From: an uncultured delta proteobacterium
GTDB lineage: Bacteria; Desulfobacterota; Syntrophia; Syntrophales; UBA5619
Direction of reading: 5' to 3'
NCBI GenBank assembly: GCA_963817385.1
Contig: CAWFOM010000010.1
Span: 256,001 to 320,000, forward strand
DNA: 64,000 nt
In this document: positions 1 through 10,356 of the stretch, in pieces
How the letters are laid out: each line of letters starts with the position of its first letter
How positions within the stretch are numbered: position 1 is the first letter of the stretch
Translations under genes and position numbers: made by a program
Notes under the pieces: model-generated
Database searches by the model: none
What the model was told of the DNA's origin: nothing
The model's input: the letters and a program-made list of their open reading frames with translations, nothing else

Positions 1-282
1 CCTTTCCAAACGAATTACCTTGATTGATAAGAATGATCTTTTGGCGGCGCGAGTATAGGAAACCGGTACCTTTATGTCAAGATAATAACCGAGATGGGTA
101 TGCAGATCCTTCACGGTGGTTCATGCGGCTTTGTATTATGCCTGAGCACGATCAATGAGTTTCAGCGGCCCCTATCCGGCAAAGCATCGAATCGAACGGG
201 ACCATTACAGAAAGACAGTCGTCAACATTCAGCAATAGAGGCCATTGCACAGGGAAAGAAAAAAGTACGACTAGTTGATCAT

Positions 283-1344
283 TCAGATTTTCCCACGTTC
301 CTGTGCGATGCGGATGTAAGTCTCCTTGCCGGTTTCCGGCGGGAGGTATTGTTGATCTTCGGATTTCTTCATCAGGCGGACTGCATCCGTGGGGCAGGTG
401 GAGACACACAGGCCGCAGCCGATGCATCGTTTGAGGTTGATTATCGCCTTCTCTTCCACGATATCGATAGCGTCCATCTGGCAGCGACCCAGACAGGTCT
501 CGCATCCCGAACAGGCTTCTTCATCCACGTGAGCATAATAGTTACTCTTAACCGCAGCCGCAGGATTTGACTGCTTTTTGAGGGATCGGAGCATCCCACA
601 ACAATCTCCGCAGCAACTGCACATTCCGCCGATATACTGAGAATTAAACGGTTGCATCACAAGACCGGCCGCTTCATTTTTCCGGGCAATATCTTTTGCC
701 TCTTCCTTGGTGATGTATCGTCCCATGCCGTTATCGACATAAAAGCTCGCATGCGATCCGAAAAGGAAACAGGCCTCCATCGGCTTGTCGCAGCCCCGAG
801 CGTCTTTTTTTGCTATTGTTCTGCAGATACAGGGTGCAACGGCGATTATTTTCTGATCGTCAAAAATCTTCATCACGTCCTCATATGGTGCGATTGGCCA
901 CTCCGTCACAAGCTCCCGGTTGATTGGGATGGTTCTCATGACAGGGGTATTCCAAGCCTGAAAGGTCTTTCCGAGGGCTTCATGGTAGTACGTTTCCATA
1001 TCTTTGGCGAGTGTCTCATCAACGGAATTAAGCTGGAACTCAAAAATTCCTACCACGAAAGGAATGGCTGCGTAGCGAACGACATCGTTTTTCTTCTGAC
1101 GAAACAAAAGGCCTCGCCTTGCCATATCTTCGATGTGCTTTGCCGTATCTTCTTCGGGAAGATTCAGACGCCCTGCTACACTTTCCGATGTTTCAAGCAT
1201 CGGGGTCAACATCATAAACATCTCCGCATCGGCTTCAGTAAAGATCTGCTTGAGTATTTTGATTTCGATCCCGTTTCGGGTGGCGGGAAAACCGGTTCCC
1301 ATATCGTCGAGTCTTTGCCTGAGTTTTTCATATACATCGTTCAT
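283..1344 (-). CDS. 4Fe-4S ferredoxin-domain protein (N-terminal HTH-like region, C-terminal 2x[4Fe-4S])
   Basis: 353-aa ORF; CSGCETCLGRC and CIGCGLCVSTCP ferredoxin motifs plus Cys clusters CICR and CSCCGDCC; GGAG RBS upstream. Confidence 0.8.
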   Translation of the reverse strand: MNDVYEKLRQRLDDMGTGFPATRNGIEIKILKQIFTEADAEMFMMLTPMLETSESVAGRLNLPEEDTAKHIEDMARRGLLFRQKKNDVVRYAAIPFVVGIFEFQLNSVDETLAKDMETYYHEALGKTFQAWNTPVMRTIPINRELVTEWPIAPYEDVMKIFDDQKIIAVAPCICRTIAKKDARGCDKPMEACFLFGSHASFYVDNGMGRYITKEEAKDIARKNEAAGLVMQPFNSQYIGGMCSCCGDCCGMLRSLKKQSNPAAAVKSNYYAHVDEEACSGCETCLGRCQMDAIDIVEEKAIINLKRCIGCGLCVSTCPTDAVRLMKKSEDQQYLPPETGKETYIRIAQERGKI

Positions 1345-1454
1345 CTCAAACTCCTTAACTGTTATGGAAATGACGTCTTCAATAATGGTTCTCTATAACC
1401 GAATATTCCATTTTCTATCAAGGTAATGATAGCAAACGTATTGGGGTAGGGGCT

Positions 1455-3017
1455 TTATCCCGCTCCTCCATGACAGGATTCCGAAAAAGAAGGGGCGCTT
1501 CTTGTTTCGATCTGTTTAATCAAATTATTGAATAGCAATCGGTGAAACGGTAAAAAGATATACCAGTATAGTTCCCCAAAATAACCTTCCGGGTGATAAT
1601 TCGCTGTTATCAGGAGTATTCTTTGGAATCCTTCATCACGAATTTTAAATTCAAGCCATGCTTTCCCCGGCAATTTCATCTCAGCGCGGAGTAACAATCG
1701 TACATTTTTTTGAAGATCCTCAACCCTCCAAAAATCGATGACATCATTAATTTTTAGAGTAGTTTGGCTTTTTCTTCCTCTGGATGTCCCCACGCCTAAA
1801 AAAATCTTATCGATTCCCCCCCGCACACGCCACAGCAAATTGTTGGAAAACCAGCCCTCTTTGCCACCAACTTTGCATATTGATTTAAAAAGTGAAGCTG
1901 CATCATTGTGGGTAATGAGTGAATATGTACTGGTATATTTGGGACCTTCTTTGAGTTCGTGAAATTTGAGCGCCAGTTCATGGGCGGGCGGATAGGCGTC
2001 CGACCAGCGGGTATAAATTTTATCCTGTTCTTCCCTGTTCATCGCCCGGATAATGGCCTCCTTATAGGTCAGTGGTTTGAAGGGCAAGTATTCCTGAATG
2101 GAGTTGTTTTGACAGATCACTTCATTTTTCAATCCTTCCATTAAAGAACGGGTTATTGGGGCGGGAACCGGGGTAATGAAAGCTCCGATGTACGTATAGA
2201 GGGGAAGATACGAGAAAAAGGGAAGAAATAGTCTCTTCTTGCGAAGCAATTCGGCTCTGATTTTCAGCATTTCATAATAGCTTAAAATGTCATTGCCCCC
2301 TATGTCAAAAGATCCTCCGGAGGTTTCAGGAATTTCGAGAACCCCCACGAGATACTTGATTACGTCGCGGATAGCAATGGGTTGACATTTCGTCATTGCC
2401 CAGCGGGGGATGAGCATTATCGGGATTTTATTAACCAAATGTTGAATAATTTCATAGGAGGCGCTTCCCGAGCCGATTATGATAGCGGCTCGTAAAACGG
2501 TGACAGACACTTTCCCTTTTTTGAGCTCTTCAGCGACATGGATCCGGCTCTGCAGATGCAGCGATAGTTTCGATTGGGTATCCCCAAGTCCCCCGAGGTA
2601 GATTATCCGTTTGACCTGATTCGCTTCGGCGGCTATTCTGAAGTTAACAGCCGCCTGGATGTCTGCTTTGGCGAATTCTTTATGTCCTAACAGCAAAGAA
2701 TGAATGAGATAATATGCGGTGTCAATGCCTTTGAGCGCTGTTTTCAGCTGTTCCAACTCGAGTGCGTCCGCTGCGATAATCTCTACATTCGGCCATTGCT
2801 CCTGATAGATCGGAGAGGGAGCTCTGACCATGATTCTAATCTTGTATCCCCTTGCCAACAATTCGGGAACCAATCTCCCCCCGATGTAGCCTGAGGCGCC
2901 GGTTACCAAAACTGTCCCCATTCCTGCCAATGGTTTGGATGGTAAATCATGGCAGAAAAGGTCATGATCTTCTCCCGGCTGAAAAGAAACGTTGTCTCCA
3001 GATAAATTCGTGGTCAT
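1455..3017 (-). CDS. SDR/NAD(P)-binding oxidoreductase with C-terminal DUF2867-like domain (YbjT-like)
   Basis: Rossmann motif VTGASGYIGG; AYYLIHSL; IIIGSGSASYE; C-terminal IDFWRVE...LRAEMKLPGKAWLEF typical of the YbjT family. Confidence 0.8.
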   Translation of the reverse strand: MTTNLSGDNVSFQPGEDHDLFCHDLPSKPLAGMGTVLVTGASGYIGGRLVPELLARGYKIRIMVRAPSPIYQEQWPNVEIIAADALELEQLKTALKGIDTAYYLIHSLLLGHKEFAKADIQAAVNFRIAAEANQVKRIIYLGGLGDTQSKLSLHLQSRIHVAEELKKGKVSVTVLRAAIIIGSGSASYEIIQHLVNKIPIMLIPRWAMTKCQPIAIRDVIKYLVGVLEIPETSGGSFDIGGNDILSYYEMLKIRAELLRKKRLFLPFFSYLPLYTYIGAFITPVPAPITRSLMEGLKNEVICQNNSIQEYLPFKPLTYKEAIIRAMNREEQDKIYTRWSDAYPPAHELALKFHELKEGPKYTSTYSLITHNDAASLFKSICKVGGKEGWFSNNLLWRVRGGIDKIFLGVGTSRGRKSQTTLKINDVIDFWRVEDLQKNVRLLLRAEMKLPGKAWLEFKIRDEGFQRILLITANYHPEGYFGELYWYIFLPFHRLLFNNLIKQIETRSAPSFSESCHGGAG

Positions 3018-4342
3018 TTACATCCTGCCTTTTCCCGGTCATCATCACGTCCGGTTCTGGCGGTGCATGATGACGTTTTCGAGAGAGCGGGTATTTCAGA
3101 AGGGAATACATACCGTACAGCGCGTTCGTAGAGGAGATAATCCCATGCCCAGTTGATGAGCACCATCACGCGGTTGCGGAAGCCGATTAAATTGAAAAGA
3201 TGGATTACGAGCCAAAGTATCCACGCGAAGAAACCTGAGTAGGTCCTCGATCCGATGGCGACACCGGCAGCATTACGGCCGATCGTAATCATCGATCCTC
3301 GATCACGGTATCTAAACGGCAGGGGGTCAAGCCCTGCTATTTGCCTTGAGATATTATGCGCGGCGGCAACAGCCGATTGTATCGCCACTTGGGCGACCAT
3401 AGGCAACGAGCTCCCGTTCATACCGATCTGAGCCAGATCCCCAACCACATATATATGGGGGTGGTCCGGTATTTGGAGCGTCGGTAAGACGGAGACCCGA
3501 TCGTCCCTTGTTGTGGGTATTCCTGAAAGGGAAGCAAGAGGTTCCCCTCGAACACCTGCAGTCCATACGACAGTTTCGGTAGGAATCGTATCCTGACCGT
3601 CCAAGAGCACGGATTCAGGGGTGACCGCAACGACTTTTGTTTGCAGCAATACATCTATCCCCATCTTCCGGAGCCGCCGCAACGTGTAGGACCGTATGGA
3701 CTCAGGCATGTTGCCGACCAGTCCTTCTGCGGCTTCCAGAAGGATGATACGCACCGAGTTGAAATCGATGTTCCGGTATTCTTTGACGATTGGCCCATGA
3801 ATGAGTTCGCTCAAGGCGCCGGCATATTCGATACCCGTCGCGCCCCCGCCCACGATGACGAAAGTCAGAATGCTGGTAGGCCTTGCTTCATCGGCCTGCC
3901 TGGCAGCCCTCTCGAAACAGCAGATGATATGGTTCTTCAGGGCAACACCCTCTTCAAGCGTCTTGAGGAAAAAGGCATGATTCAAAACCCCCTGGATGCC
4001 GAACGAATGGGGGACGCTCCCCGTGGCTAGAATCAGGTAATCATATGAAAAATATTCATTGTCGGTTTCGACTATCCGTTTCTCGATATCGATACGCCGG
4101 GTGTGGGCCAAGGCGAAATCGATGTTCGGAAGATTGCTGAAGATGCTGCGAACCGGGTAGGCGATATCTTCCGCCTCCAACTCGGCGGCCGCCACCTGGT
4201 ACAGGAGAGGAAGGAAGGTGTGATAGTTGTTCCTATCGATGACCAGGATATCGACCGGTTCACGCGCAAGGGTTCGGACGGCCCAGATGCCGCCAAATCC
4301 GGCGCCGATCACAACCACGCGCGGTTTCTTGCTCTTGCCCAT
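3014..4342 (-). CDS. ndh: Type II NADH:quinone oxidoreductase (NDH-2 family)
   Basis: VVVIGAGFGG, FLPLLYQVAA, second Rossmann IVGGGATGIEYAG, WTAGV, AQVAIQ, GSMITIGRN motifs. Confidence 0.85.
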   Translation of the reverse strand: MGKSKKPRVVVIGAGFGGIWAVRTLAREPVDILVIDRNNYHTFLPLLYQVAAAELEAEDIAYPVRSIFSNLPNIDFALAHTRRIDIEKRIVETDNEYFSYDYLILATGSVPHSFGIQGVLNHAFFLKTLEEGVALKNHIICCFERAARQADEARPTSILTFVIVGGGATGIEYAGALSELIHGPIVKEYRNIDFNSVRIILLEAAEGLVGNMPESIRSYTLRRLRKMGIDVLLQTKVVAVTPESVLLDGQDTIPTETVVWTAGVRGEPLASLSGIPTTRDDRVSVLPTLQIPDHPHIYVVGDLAQIGMNGSSLPMVAQVAIQSAVAAAHNISRQIAGLDPLPFRYRDRGSMITIGRNAAGVAIGSRTYSGFFAWILWLVIHLFNLIGFRNRVMVLINWAWDYLLYERAVRYVFPSEIPALSKTSSCTARTGRDDDREKAGCK

Positions 4343-4438
4343 GCAATCTCCCGAATGCTTGAAAAAATGTCTGTATGGCCTTACCGTTCCTGAGGCTCAG
4401 TCTTGCTTACCCATGCCAAGAGATCAATTTTATCAGTA

Positions 4439-4468
4439 AACTTAACAGATGCTTGTTGTGGATGTCAA
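4439..4468 (-). promoter_or_regulatory. Putative sigma70 promoter for ndh
   Basis: Minus-strand TTGACA (4468-4463), 18-nt spacer, TGn-TAAGTT; abuts the left IS target duplication. Confidence 0.45.
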
Positions 4469-4484
4469 CATGACGATAGTGCGC
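4469..4484 (+). repeat. Left target-site duplication CATGACGATAGTGCGC
   Basis: Identical to 5869-5884. Confidence 0.92.
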
Positions 4485-5868
4485 TGTCAGTAGCACACGA
4501 TATGTCCGGTTTTGTAGCACATCATCTGTCCGGTTTAAGATGGCCGAGGTTGGAGGTGGCCGATGGGACGGACAGAGTTGCTACAGGAGATCAGGAAGAT
4601 GCGATTTGCCGAGGTGTATTTGGGATGGAGAGAGTCACGATTGACGCAAGAACAGGCGGCCATGGTGTTGGGAGTCAGTGATCGGACGTTTCGTCGGTAT
4701 ATCCATCGCTATGAAGAGGACGGCATCGAGGGATTGAGTGACGGGCGATTCGGGAGGGTTTCATTTCGTCGAGCGCCGGTGGATGAGGTTATGGCTGTGT
4801 TGGACCGGTATCGAAGCCTCTACGCGGGATGGACGGTAAAGCATTACTACCGTTGGTATCAAAAAGAAGAGGGCAAGCGCAGTTATACCTGGGTGAAGAA
4901 GACGCTTCAATCAGCGGGGTTGGTTTCCAAGGCGCCGAAGCGAGGTGTCCATCGCAAGCGACGGGACCGATCTCCTCTGCCGGGGATGCTGCTGCATCAG
5001 GATGGCAGCCGGCATGAATGGGTTCCCGGCAAAAAGTGGGATTTGATCGTCACGATGGACGATGCGACCAACGAGCACTACTCGATATTTTTTGTTGCTG
5101 AGGAAGGAACGGCTAGCAGTTTCCAGGGGGTAAGGGATGTGATCCTTCAGCATGGGCGGTTCAGTTCTCTCTACACAGATCGGGGAAGCCACTACTGGTT
5201 CACCCCGAAGGAGGGCGGAAAGGTGAGTAAAACCCAGCTCACCCAGTTTGGCCGGGCGATGAATCAGTTGGGCATCCAGATGATCGCGGCCTACTCTCCC
5301 GAGGCTCGGGGCAGAAGCGAGCGTGCGTTCCAAACCCATCAGGATCGACTGGTAAAAGAGCTGGCTCTCCATGGGATCACCGACATGGATGCCGCCAACC
5401 AGTATTTGGCCCGGGTGTATCTTCCCGCCTACAACGCCGAGTTCACGTACCCGGCACGGGAAGAAGGATCCGTCTTCATCCCCTGGACGAACGGCAACCT
5501 CGATGACGTCCTCTGTGAGCAGCACGAACGTACCGTCAGTGCTGACAACTGCGTGACCTTTGAGGGGATGACTCTCCAGATCCCCGCTAATCGCTATCGC
5601 TGCCACTACGTCCGTGTCAGGGTCCGAATCCACAGATACATCGATGGAACTCTGGCCATCTTCCACGGACCACGAAAACTGGCCGATTATGACCAGCGGG
5701 GGAAGATCAGGGAGCTTAAAAAGGCCGCCTGACGAAGTTACCCATAGAACGAGGATGCGTCAGTCCGCCGCTCACCTCGCTGTTCTCAAAAGATGACCTC
5801 TTCGATGAACAGGAAAAGCGGACAATTCATGTGCTATAAAAACCGGACAATTCTATTTGCTCTTGACA
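4485..5868 (+). mobile_element. Insertion sequence, IS1202 family (IS481-related, formerly ISNCY), 1384 bp
   Basis: Left end TGTCAGTAGCACACGATATGTCCGGTTTTGTAGCACAT matches the reverse complement of the right end TGTCAAGAGCAAATAGAATTGTCCGGTTTTTATAGCACAT; internal TAGCAC...TGTCCG repeats; flanked by a perfect 16-bp direct repeat; single transposase. Confidence 0.92.
4563..5732 (+). CDS. DDE transposase (HTH + integrase core)
   Basis: 389 aa; HTH QEQAAMVLGVSDRTFRR; catalytic motifs HQDGS, YTDRGS, RGRSER; GGAGG RBS. Confidence 0.92.
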   Translation: MGRTELLQEIRKMRFAEVYLGWRESRLTQEQAAMVLGVSDRTFRRYIHRYEEDGIEGLSDGRFGRVSFRRAPVDEVMAVLDRYRSLYAGWTVKHYYRWYQKEEGKRSYTWVKKTLQSAGLVSKAPKRGVHRKRRDRSPLPGMLLHQDGSRHEWVPGKKWDLIVTMDDATNEHYSIFFVAEEGTASSFQGVRDVILQHGRFSSLYTDRGSHYWFTPKEGGKVSKTQLTQFGRAMNQLGIQMIAAYSPEARGRSERAFQTHQDRLVKELALHGITDMDAANQYLARVYLPAYNAEFTYPAREEGSVFIPWTNGNLDDVLCEQHERTVSADNCVTFEGMTLQIPANRYRCHYVRVRVRIHRYIDGTLAIFHGPRKLADYDQRGKIRELKKAA

Positions 5869-5884
5869 CATGACGATAGTGCGC
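5869..5884 (+). repeat. Right target-site duplication CATGACGATAGTGCGC
   Basis: Identical to 4469-4484. Confidence 0.92.
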
Positions 5885-6054
5885 CTGACGATATTGATGA
5901 ATGATTTCGATTCCACAATCATGAGATGCACCCGGACATCGCGTCATACCATGGAGACCCTCGCCGTGGGAATCCTGTACGCCTTATTGACAAATCGGGC
6001 CTCATCCGGTATGAACGCACTCACATTTGAGCTGAACGTTGTTCGGAGGGGAAC

Positions 6055-6135
6055 GTGATTCTTGATTTCCAGGGGAAACATCCCCGGATCGATCCAACGG
6101 TATTTGTTGCTCCAAACTCCCTGAGCGGTGATTAA
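6055..6135 (+). pseudogene. 5' remnant of a gamma-carbonic anhydrase/YrdA-family gene (26 codons)
   Basis: GGAGG RBS then GTG; translates MILDFQGKHPRIDPTVFVAPNSLSGD*, resembling the gamma-CA N-terminus; TTGACA-17-TATGAA promoter at 5987-6015. Confidence 0.65.
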
Positions 6136-6198
6136 AATATTTTCATTTTGGCGTGCCCGGGGTGCTGAAGATTCACCGGGACAGAATTTTAGACACTA

Positions 6199-7218
6199 TT
6201 GAGTTTACCCATGTCCGATATCCTCCAAGCCAGCGGCTGCTCGACCGATACACTTCGCCATCTCCTCAATGGCATGACGAAACCATTCACCTCCGGAGAC
6301 ACGGTGGGGATAAAGATCCACTGGGGGGAGAAGGGGAATCACAGCTTTCTGCATCCCCGTTATACCCGGACGATCGTCCGGTGGCTTCAGGAATCGGGGA
6401 TCAACCCCTTTGTGTTCGATACGACCGTCCTCTACTCGGGAGGTCGTCGCACGGCTGCGGATAGCTTGAAAACGGCTGCTGAACATGGCTTCACCGAGGC
6501 CGATCTCGGGTGTCCCATCCTGATCGGCGACGGACTTGATGCCCGCGATGTCATTGATATCCCATCCGGCTATCGACACTTTCCAACGGTCCAGGTCGCC
6601 TCGATCATCCGGAAGGCGGATGGGTTCGTAATCTTTTCCCATTTCAAGGCGCATATGGAATCCGCGTTCGGCGGTGCAATCAAGAACATCTCCATGGGAT
6701 TCGCCTCTCGCGCTCAGAAGCAGCGGATGCACTCCGATGCCCACCCCGTCCTTAAGCCGGGGAAGTGCACCAGGTGCGGTCTTTGTGCGGAGATCTGCCC
6801 GACCGGCGCCGCCATCCTCCCTTCTGAGGCAGATCCCGTCTATGATCTCTCAAACTGCGTAGGCTGCTCTCAGTGCATCGCCCTCTGTCCGCAGACTGCC
6901 TTGAGAATCTTCTGGGATACGGATTTGAATGTTTTTCAGGAGAAACTGGTGGAAACTGCGGCAGCTCTCTGGCGTGAGATCGGAAAGAAATCTCTTGTCA
7001 TCAACGGCCTGATCGGAATCGTTTCCGAATGCGACTGCCTGCCGGGGAGGCATCCCGCCATCGCTGAGGATTACGGCTTTATCGGCGGAAACCACCCTCT
7101 GCCTGTCGACGAGGCGTCCATCCGTCAAACCGGTGCGGCGCCTTTCGATCGTGCCCACCCTGGACTGCCGTGGCTGAGACAGTTTTCCTATGCCCGGGAG
7201 ATCGGTTTTCATCCGTAG
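6199..7218 (+). CDS. DUF362-domain Fe-S protein with 2x[4Fe-4S] ferredoxin domain
   Basis: IKIHWGEKGN, SHFKAH, FGGAIKN; CTRCGLCAEICP and CVGCSQCIALCP; ECDC; alternative ATG start at 6211. Confidence 0.8.
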   Translation: MSLPMSDILQASGCSTDTLRHLLNGMTKPFTSGDTVGIKIHWGEKGNHSFLHPRYTRTIVRWLQESGINPFVFDTTVLYSGGRRTAADSLKTAAEHGFTEADLGCPILIGDGLDARDVIDIPSGYRHFPTVQVASIIRKADGFVIFSHFKAHMESAFGGAIKNISMGFASRAQKQRMHSDAHPVLKPGKCTRCGLCAEICPTGAAILPSEADPVYDLSNCVGCSQCIALCPQTALRIFWDTDLNVFQEKLVETAAALWREIGKKSLVINGLIGIVSECDCLPGRHPAIAEDYGFIGGNHPLPVDEASIRQTGAAPFDRAHPGLPWLRQFSYAREIGFHP

Positions 7219-7228
7219 ATAAAACAAT

Positions 7229-8137
7229 CTACCCTATCAGGCGGTAACACCCGTTTACCTTGTAGACGATTCCGCGTCTCTGAAGGTGTTCCAGGTGCTT
7301 TTTCATATGAACACGTTCCCCGAAGGCAAAAAACTCCTTCGGCTCCCGCGGCTTCCCATAAATGATCCATGAATCGACGATCTCCTCCAGAGTTCTGGGT
7401 TTCTCAAGCAGCAAGATGAGCTTAGCCTCCCTTTCCGCAATGACCGCGACGTACCGCTGCCAGAGCTCCTGGGGAGGATGCACGAAGACACCGGTTTCAT
7501 GGCCGGTCAGAACGATTCCGGCCGAAAATCCCCGGAGGAGCTCAATGGATGCCCTCGTCTGGTCGATGCCGGAATAGAGATCCCCATACCAGGGTCCAAA
7601 ACGGGTGAGGTCGTAATCACCGGCAAAAAGGACGGAGAACTCATGGAAAAAGAAGGCCAGGTGGCCGGGGGTGTGTCCGGGAGTTGCGATGACGTCCACG
7701 GAAATGTTACCGAGATTGATCGTTTCGCCGCCGATGAGGGAACGGGCGGGGCGCCGCGGCCGAAAATGGAACTGATCGCGAAGCAGTGGTTCCCAGAAGC
7801 GCCGTTCCTCTTCAGAAAAACCATACCAGTCGAGGAAGATAGCGATATCGGCAAGTGGCGGCGTGTCCCTGGCAGAGACCCAGAGGGGGATGTCGTCAAA
7901 GAGGTCCAGATGCATGAAGTGATCCTCGTGCCAGTGGCTGAGCCAGACCATCTTCACCCCCTGCTCGGCGCGCAGACGGATCAGTCTTTCCCTATTCGAG
8001 GCCGGATCGATGAGAACGCCCGCCCCTTCGATATATATGGAGTTGCAGAAGGGGTAGCGTCCCCGATTGTCTCCGGGAATAAGGCGGATCGGCCCGAATA
8101 GTTGCTCTTCCATGGTGGTTTCCATAATATCACTCAA
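7229..8137 (-). CDS. Metallo-beta-lactamase-fold hydrolase
   Basis: SHWHEDH, TPGHTPGH, AGD and TGH motifs; start may be ATG 8125 or 8113. Confidence 0.8.
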   Translation of the reverse strand: MSDIMETTMEEQLFGPIRLIPGDNRGRYPFCNSIYIEGAGVLIDPASNRERLIRLRAEQGVKMVWLSHWHEDHFMHLDLFDDIPLWVSARDTPPLADIAIFLDWYGFSEEERRFWEPLLRDQFHFRPRRPARSLIGGETINLGNISVDVIATPGHTPGHLAFFFHEFSVLFAGDYDLTRFGPWYGDLYSGIDQTRASIELLRGFSAGIVLTGHETGVFVHPPQELWQRYVAVIAEREAKLILLLEKPRTLEEIVDSWIIYGKPREPKEFFAFGERVHMKKHLEHLQRRGIVYKVNGCYRLIG

Positions 8138-8357
8138 GGGAATGATCGAAATATTATCGTACTATAGAAACGTGAAGCTTCAGATGTCAAGAAAAACAGG
8201 CAGCCTATTTCCTTGACCGGACCGGATTTTTCCCCTATAGTCCGCCCCAATTTCAATACAGTTTCATAATCAGTCCGCAGGCGAATCGACGGCGCGCAAT
8301 GACGCTGCCATTCCATCTGCGGACGATATCCCGCTTCACGGTTAGGGTTAACGGTCG

Positions 8358-10310
8358 ATGATAGACTACGAAAAAGAACTCAATCCCGAGCAACATCAGG
8401 TGGTCATGGAAGAAGGAGGGCCCCTCCTCATCATCGCCGGGGCTGGGAGTGGAAAGACGCGGACACTGACCTACCGTGTCGCCCGTTTGGTGGAAAGAGG
8501 TGTCCCGCCGGAACGAATACTCCTCGCCACGTTTACGAATAAGGCCGCCCGGTCGATGCTCACGCGTGTGGAGTCCCTCATCGGCAGGGAGATCGGCAGT
8601 CTCTGGGGCGGCACGTTCCACCACTGCGCCCACCTTACCCTCCGGGCAAATGCGCCCCTTCTCGGTTTTGAACGAAACTTTTCCATCCTGGACAGCGAGG
8701 ATGCACGCCAGCTTATCAACACCTGCATCGCTGAGGTTGGGGTAGATGCCAAGACCGATAAATTCCCCCGTGCAGATGTGGTTGGGGAGATGATCAGTCT
8801 TGCTATCAATACGGAAACTCCCTTGCCGGATGTGATTTTCGGCCGATACCCATTCTTCGCGCACCGCGGTGAGGAGATCGCTGAAATAGCCGCACGCTAC
8901 CGGAAGCGGAAACAGTCGCTCAACGTAATGGATTTTGACGATCTTCTTTTCAACTGGCGGGAGCTTCTCCTCCATTTCCCTGACGTCCGGGAGGTCTATG
9001 CCGGACGCTTCCTCCAGATTCTCGTCGACGAGTACCAGGATACCAACAAGATCCAGGCGGAGATCATGGATCTGCTGGCATCGCTGCATCGGAACCTGAT
9101 GGTGGTAGGCGACGATTCGCAGAGTATCTACTCCTTCCGGGGGGCGAATTATGAGAACATCATGCGCTTCCCCGAACGTTATCCGGACTGCCGGATCTTC
9201 AAGCTGGAGACGAACTATCGAAGTACTCCGGAAATCCTCCACCTGGCCAACCTGAGCATCACGAACAACGAGAATCAGTTCCAAAAGACCCTGCGGGCCG
9301 TCCGGGAACAGGGAATACGTCCCGTACTCGTTCCGGCCAGAAATGTCCTGCAGCAGGCCGATTTCATCGCCCAACGAATCCTCGAACTCCACCGCAGCGG
9401 CATACCGCTCGGCGACATGGCGGTCCTCTATCGTGCTCACTTCCATTCAATGGAGGTCCAGATGGAACTGACTCGCCGGGGGATCCCCTTTGAGATCCGA
9501 TCCGGTATCCGTTTCTTTGAACAGGCGCATATCAAAGATGTAACGGCTTATCTGCGGATCATCGTCAATCCCCGCGATGAGATTGCCTGGAAACGGGTAC
9601 TGGGGCTCTATCCGAAGATAGGCAAAGCAACCGTAGAGAAAATATGGCATTATCTCTGCAGTCTCTCCGACCTCCATGCATCCGTTCATGAAGCGGATTT
9701 CTGCGGATGCGCGGTAAAAACGGCGATACCTGGGCTCAAACGGTTTCAGGAAACCTTCTGCGCACTCCATAGCACAGCAAGCACCAACCCGCAGGAACTC
9801 ATCGACGTCATCCTGAGAAACGGGTATCGCGATCTCCTCCGGGAGAGGTATACCGATGCTGCCTCCCGTGAGGAAGACCTGCTGCAACTGGCGAACTTTT
9901 CCGCCCGATTTTCCTCGATCGAGGGGTTCTTGAGTGAACTGGCGCTCCTGACCGGAATGTCAGAAAACCAAACGGAAGAGGTCACCGAGGACCGTGTCGT
10001 CCTCACCTCGATTCACCAGGCAAAAGGTCTGGAGTGGACGGCAGTTTTCATGGTTTGGTGCAGTGAAGGGATGATGCCGCTCGCCCGTGCGCTGAAAGAG
10101 CCGGGCGGAGAAGAAGAAGAGCGTCGTCTTTTTTATGTAGCCGCCACCCGTGCGAAAGACCATCTCTACTTCTGTTATCCGCTGACCGACTATGCGCGGG
10201 GCATGGGCAATCTGCCGGTCAGCCCTTCCCGGTTCATCATGGAGCTTGCGCCTTATACCGCCCGGGGCAAGGACCGTCCTTATGATCAATGGATGATTGA
10301 CGGAGAATAA
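8358..10310 (+). CDS. UvrD/PcrA-family ATP-dependent DNA helicase
   Basis: AGAGSGKT, VDEYQD, VGDDSQSIYSFRGA, NYRS, SIHQAKGLEW, EERRLFYVAATRA; TTGACC-17-TATAGT promoter upstream. Confidence 0.92.
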   Translation: MIDYEKELNPEQHQVVMEEGGPLLIIAGAGSGKTRTLTYRVARLVERGVPPERILLATFTNKAARSMLTRVESLIGREIGSLWGGTFHHCAHLTLRANAPLLGFERNFSILDSEDARQLINTCIAEVGVDAKTDKFPRADVVGEMISLAINTETPLPDVIFGRYPFFAHRGEEIAEIAARYRKRKQSLNVMDFDDLLFNWRELLLHFPDVREVYAGRFLQILVDEYQDTNKIQAEIMDLLASLHRNLMVVGDDSQSIYSFRGANYENIMRFPERYPDCRIFKLETNYRSTPEILHLANLSITNNENQFQKTLRAVREQGIRPVLVPARNVLQQADFIAQRILELHRSGIPLGDMAVLYRAHFHSMEVQMELTRRGIPFEIRSGIRFFEQAHIKDVTAYLRIIVNPRDEIAWKRVLGLYPKIGKATVEKIWHYLCSLSDLHASVHEADFCGCAVKTAIPGLKRFQETFCALHSTASTNPQELIDVILRNGYRDLLRERYTDAASREEDLLQLANFSARFSSIEGFLSELALLTGMSENQTEEVTEDRVVLTSIHQAKGLEWTAVFMVWCSEGMMPLARALKEPGGEEEERRLFYVAATRAKDHLYFCYPLTDYARGMGNLPVSPSRFIMELAPYTARGKDRPYDQWMIDGE

Positions 10311-10356
10311 AAAAGAGGGTTACGTCCACCACCTCCTTACGAAACAGTTCATCCCG

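Noticed and set aside
8253..9446. Long antisense ORFs (e.g. 8253-9446, 13550-14512, 53127-54056, 62964-63812)
   Set aside because: Shadows of well-supported genes on the opposite strand, with no motifs of their own
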